The translations under genes and the position numbers were made by a program. From assembly GCF_006345805.1 (NCBI RefSeq), contig NW_021827996.1, positions 1 to 9,316 of the forward strand: a stretch of 9,316 bases of DNA, in the 5' to 3' direction. Shown piece by piece: positions 6,773 through 9,316 of this stretch. Numbering within the stretch: position 1 is the first letter of the stretch; each line of letters starts with the position of its first letter. The DNA comes from Octopus sinensis (lineage: Eukaryota). The notes under the pieces are model-generated. The model saw only the letters and a program-made list of their open reading frames with translations, searched no databases and was not told where the DNA came from.

Positions 6773-8233
6773 CGCCCAGCAATGGGCCGAGAGGAAACTG
6801 TCCCTAAAAGGTCGGGCGGAGTGGTGAACGCGTACATCGCGTCCATCTTCTACTACCGCCTGACCGTCGTCCCTTGTCCCGACCCTACCATCACCAAACT
6901 AGAACGCATCCTCTTCCGCTTCTTGTTGGAAAGGATGCGTCCCGATGGTCAGGCGATCCATTTGCTGTCAACAAACCCGTTAAAAGGAGGGCTGGGCATG
7001 CCGTGGTTGATGATGCGCAGACACGCGCTGAGACTGCGACATCTCCGGCTCTATGTAGACGACGGTGAACAGGTTGTGGTCGCCGTTTGTGAGGCACGCA
7101 TTCCCGCAACTCGTCTCCATGACCGAACTGCAGTCGTGGATCAAAAAGAGGCCGAGGAAGGGGCGAATGGCACCGCGGTGTCGCGTTGCTCTCAAGCAAC
7201 TCTGCCGTCCCGGGTCGACCTTGAGTGACTTCAACACAACCAAAGCATTCTATAGGGGATTAGTGGGGGGAGTACGACGCGAGCTCGGGGCAAACCTGGG
7301 CGTCGACGAAGAATACCTGACCCGCCTGTTTCAAACGACTTTCGGCGCCGGGACCTATGGACAACTTCCAGAGATCCCTGGCCTGGCGGTGCTACCGAGG
7401 CGCTAACCGTTCGGGATAAGCTCTATAGGCATGGCTCGAGAAGACGGGGCCGACCTGCCCGAGATGCGGGCAGAGCGACGAAACCGCTCTGCACGCAATC
7501 GTGCAGTGTCCAGCAATTTCCCACCTGTGGGCTTATGTCGAACGACTGCTGTCACGTGTGGGACGTGGTCGGTTTATTCATCCGAGTCTATCGTTTAATT
7601 CGTCACGCCTCCTTCTTTCAAAACGGAAGGAAGAGCTATTTTTACATACTTGTGGCTATGGCGAAAGAATGTATCTGGTGGACGCGCCTGAAAGGATTAG
7701 AGACAAACACTTTCCTCTCTGTCAATCTCTCATCAACTTCTTCAAGTATCACTTGAAGAGAAAGTGAGAGTAGAGAGGCAAGTTTTGTCTAGTGAATGTT
7801 TTAAAAAAAGATGGGTGATGTAGGATGGCACGTATAATGACGAAGTCCACCTTGACTATGATTCTATGAACATAAATTAATACAGAGATTGCTTATTTGC
7901 AAAAAAAAAAAAAAAAGAAATATAAAATGTGACTTCATTGACCGAGGTTACCGTGGTCTTTTCCGTAGGCTTTTCTTTCCACGGGTAAACCTCACCTGTC
8001 CCCCTTTACACTCACTTCAATTGACATTTGTGTGATAACGATCCCTATTATTCATTTTTTTCTCCCCCTCCTTTTTTAAAACTCCTCCCTTTTTTTTGTC
8101 CTTTTTCTTTCCTTTTACGATCCCTTTTGAATCGAAAACCACCACTCTCCTTTTTTTTTACCCCCCAAAAGAAAGCTCTACCTTGTAATTTGTTCTATCT
8201 TGTGTGCAGCCCTGTGTGGCTAATAAAGAAACA
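6770..8233 (+). mobile_element. Tx1-clade LINE copy 2, 5'-truncated (matches 5070-6586 of copy 1)
   Basis: Colinear with copy 1 from TCTCGCCC(A/G)GCAATGGG to AATAAAGAAACA. There are 9 substitutions in the first ~160 aligned nt plus many small indels. It encodes degraded post-RT and zinc-finger regions. Confidence 0.92.
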
Positions 8234-8432
<199 letters not shown>

Positions 8433-8610
8433 TATATATATGCATATACATATGTAGTATAAATATTTGTATATATGTGTATACATATATTAATATCGTA
8501 TATCAAATATACATACATATGCATGCCTATATATATGTGTATGTGTGTGTCTGTTGGTGTACACACAGATACATTTATTGACGAAGTACGCAAATTTGAT
8601 GCTCTCTCTC
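8433..8610. repeat. Degenerate (TA)n/(TG)n/(TC)n low-complexity sequence
   Basis: Directly visible. Confidence 0.8.
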
Positions 8611-8954
8611 TTCTCTCTCTCGATGGCCCGTCATTTACAATACGGTCACATAGCAATTGTTCTTTTCCCAGCTTCTTCTGGTTTTTCTTTTAGGAATAAT
8701 AATAATACGAGCGTTTTCGTACTTTAACAATTTCTTATTTATTCATTGTAAATTAAAATTAGTTACTCTCGTTTGATACAGTAATAACCTTAGAAAAGCT
8801 GTTAGCCGTCAATCAAATCAGCTTACTCCTGCTTTTAACCGCTTGATTTTAAATTTACAGGAAATGATTTATAGTTTGAAGTATAGGTTCTGCTTCAGTT
8901 AATCTCAAACTATGGAGGTTTTTTCCTCTATTTTTTCTCTCCTTATATGCATTG

Positions 8955-9108
8955 GTATGGCTGTATGGTTAGTGCTCGCGTCACGAACCGTGCTCCGGTT
9001 CAAGACCAACTTGCACGGTTCTCTGGCTCCTGGTTCATTCCACTGCACGGTATGTTGGCGTGACTGTTTTCTACCATAGCACCGGACCGACAAAATGCTC
9101 TGTGAGCG
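8955..9108 (+). mobile_element. Degenerate tRNA-derived SINE head
   Basis: A-box-like TGGCTGTATGGTTAG (8958-8972), B-box-like GGTTCAAG and GGTTCATTCC, then CCACTGC..TTCTACCATAGC..GGACCGAC..TGTGAG. Resembles the 5' part of a recalled Octopus SINE. Heavily diverged. Confidence 0.45.
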
Positions 9109-9244
9109 AAAACATATCAGAGTGACAAAGAAACGAAGAATGTGCTAAACGCAACAGTTAACTCGCCCATAAATTTTTTTTTGCAGAATCTTATGAATTT
9201 CCGTGTGCAGAACACAAGTTCGCAAAAATGTTTCAAAATTCCCA

Positions 9245-9285
9245 TGAGGGGTTATACGGGGTGTTTAACCCCGTATAACTCCTCA
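9245..9285. other. Isolated 18-bp inverted repeat (hairpin)
   Basis: TGAGGGGTTATACGGGGT (9245-9262) pairs with ACCCCGTATAACTCCTCA (9268-9285), with one G.T wobble and a 5-nt loop. Confidence 0.9.
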
Positions 9286-9316
9286 GAGGTTGCGCATAAG
9301 AATAAAGAAATGAAAA

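Noticed and set aside
5070-8233. The 1.5-kb direct repeat as an LTR pair
   Set aside because: The repeat includes ORF2 coding sequence, lacks TG...CA termini and a PBS/PPT, and the units are separated only by microsatellite.
8840-8915. Possible host exon (TTTACAG acceptor-like site)
   Set aside because: There is no sustained reading frame, convincing donor site or homology signal.

Overview
Repeat-dense eukaryotic, non-genic DNA. The SINE families and the TA/TG/TCTA microsatellite load look like an octopus (cephalopod) genome, an assignment from recalled repeat consensus and not from a search. The main feature is a Tx1-clade (L1 superfamily) non-LTR retrotransposon present as two same-orientation copies, each bounded on both sides by (TCTA)n [= (GATA)n] microsatellite. 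Copy 1 (2615-6586) has a probable ORF1 tail and a complete but frameshifted ORF2 (APE endonuclease, RT with YADD, CCHC zinc finger). Copy 2 (6770-8233) is 5'-truncated. Both end at ...AATAAAGAAACA with no terminal poly(A). The last ~47 nt of the LINE match the 3' tail of a tRNA-derived SINE at 731-958, suggesting a SINE/LINE partnership. The LINE 3' UTR holds an internal A-run, long U-runs and a hairpin with an ENE-like U-rich internal loop found in both copies. The rest is SINE fragments, microsatellites and an isolated 18-bp hairpin near the right end. No host protein-coding gene is supported.
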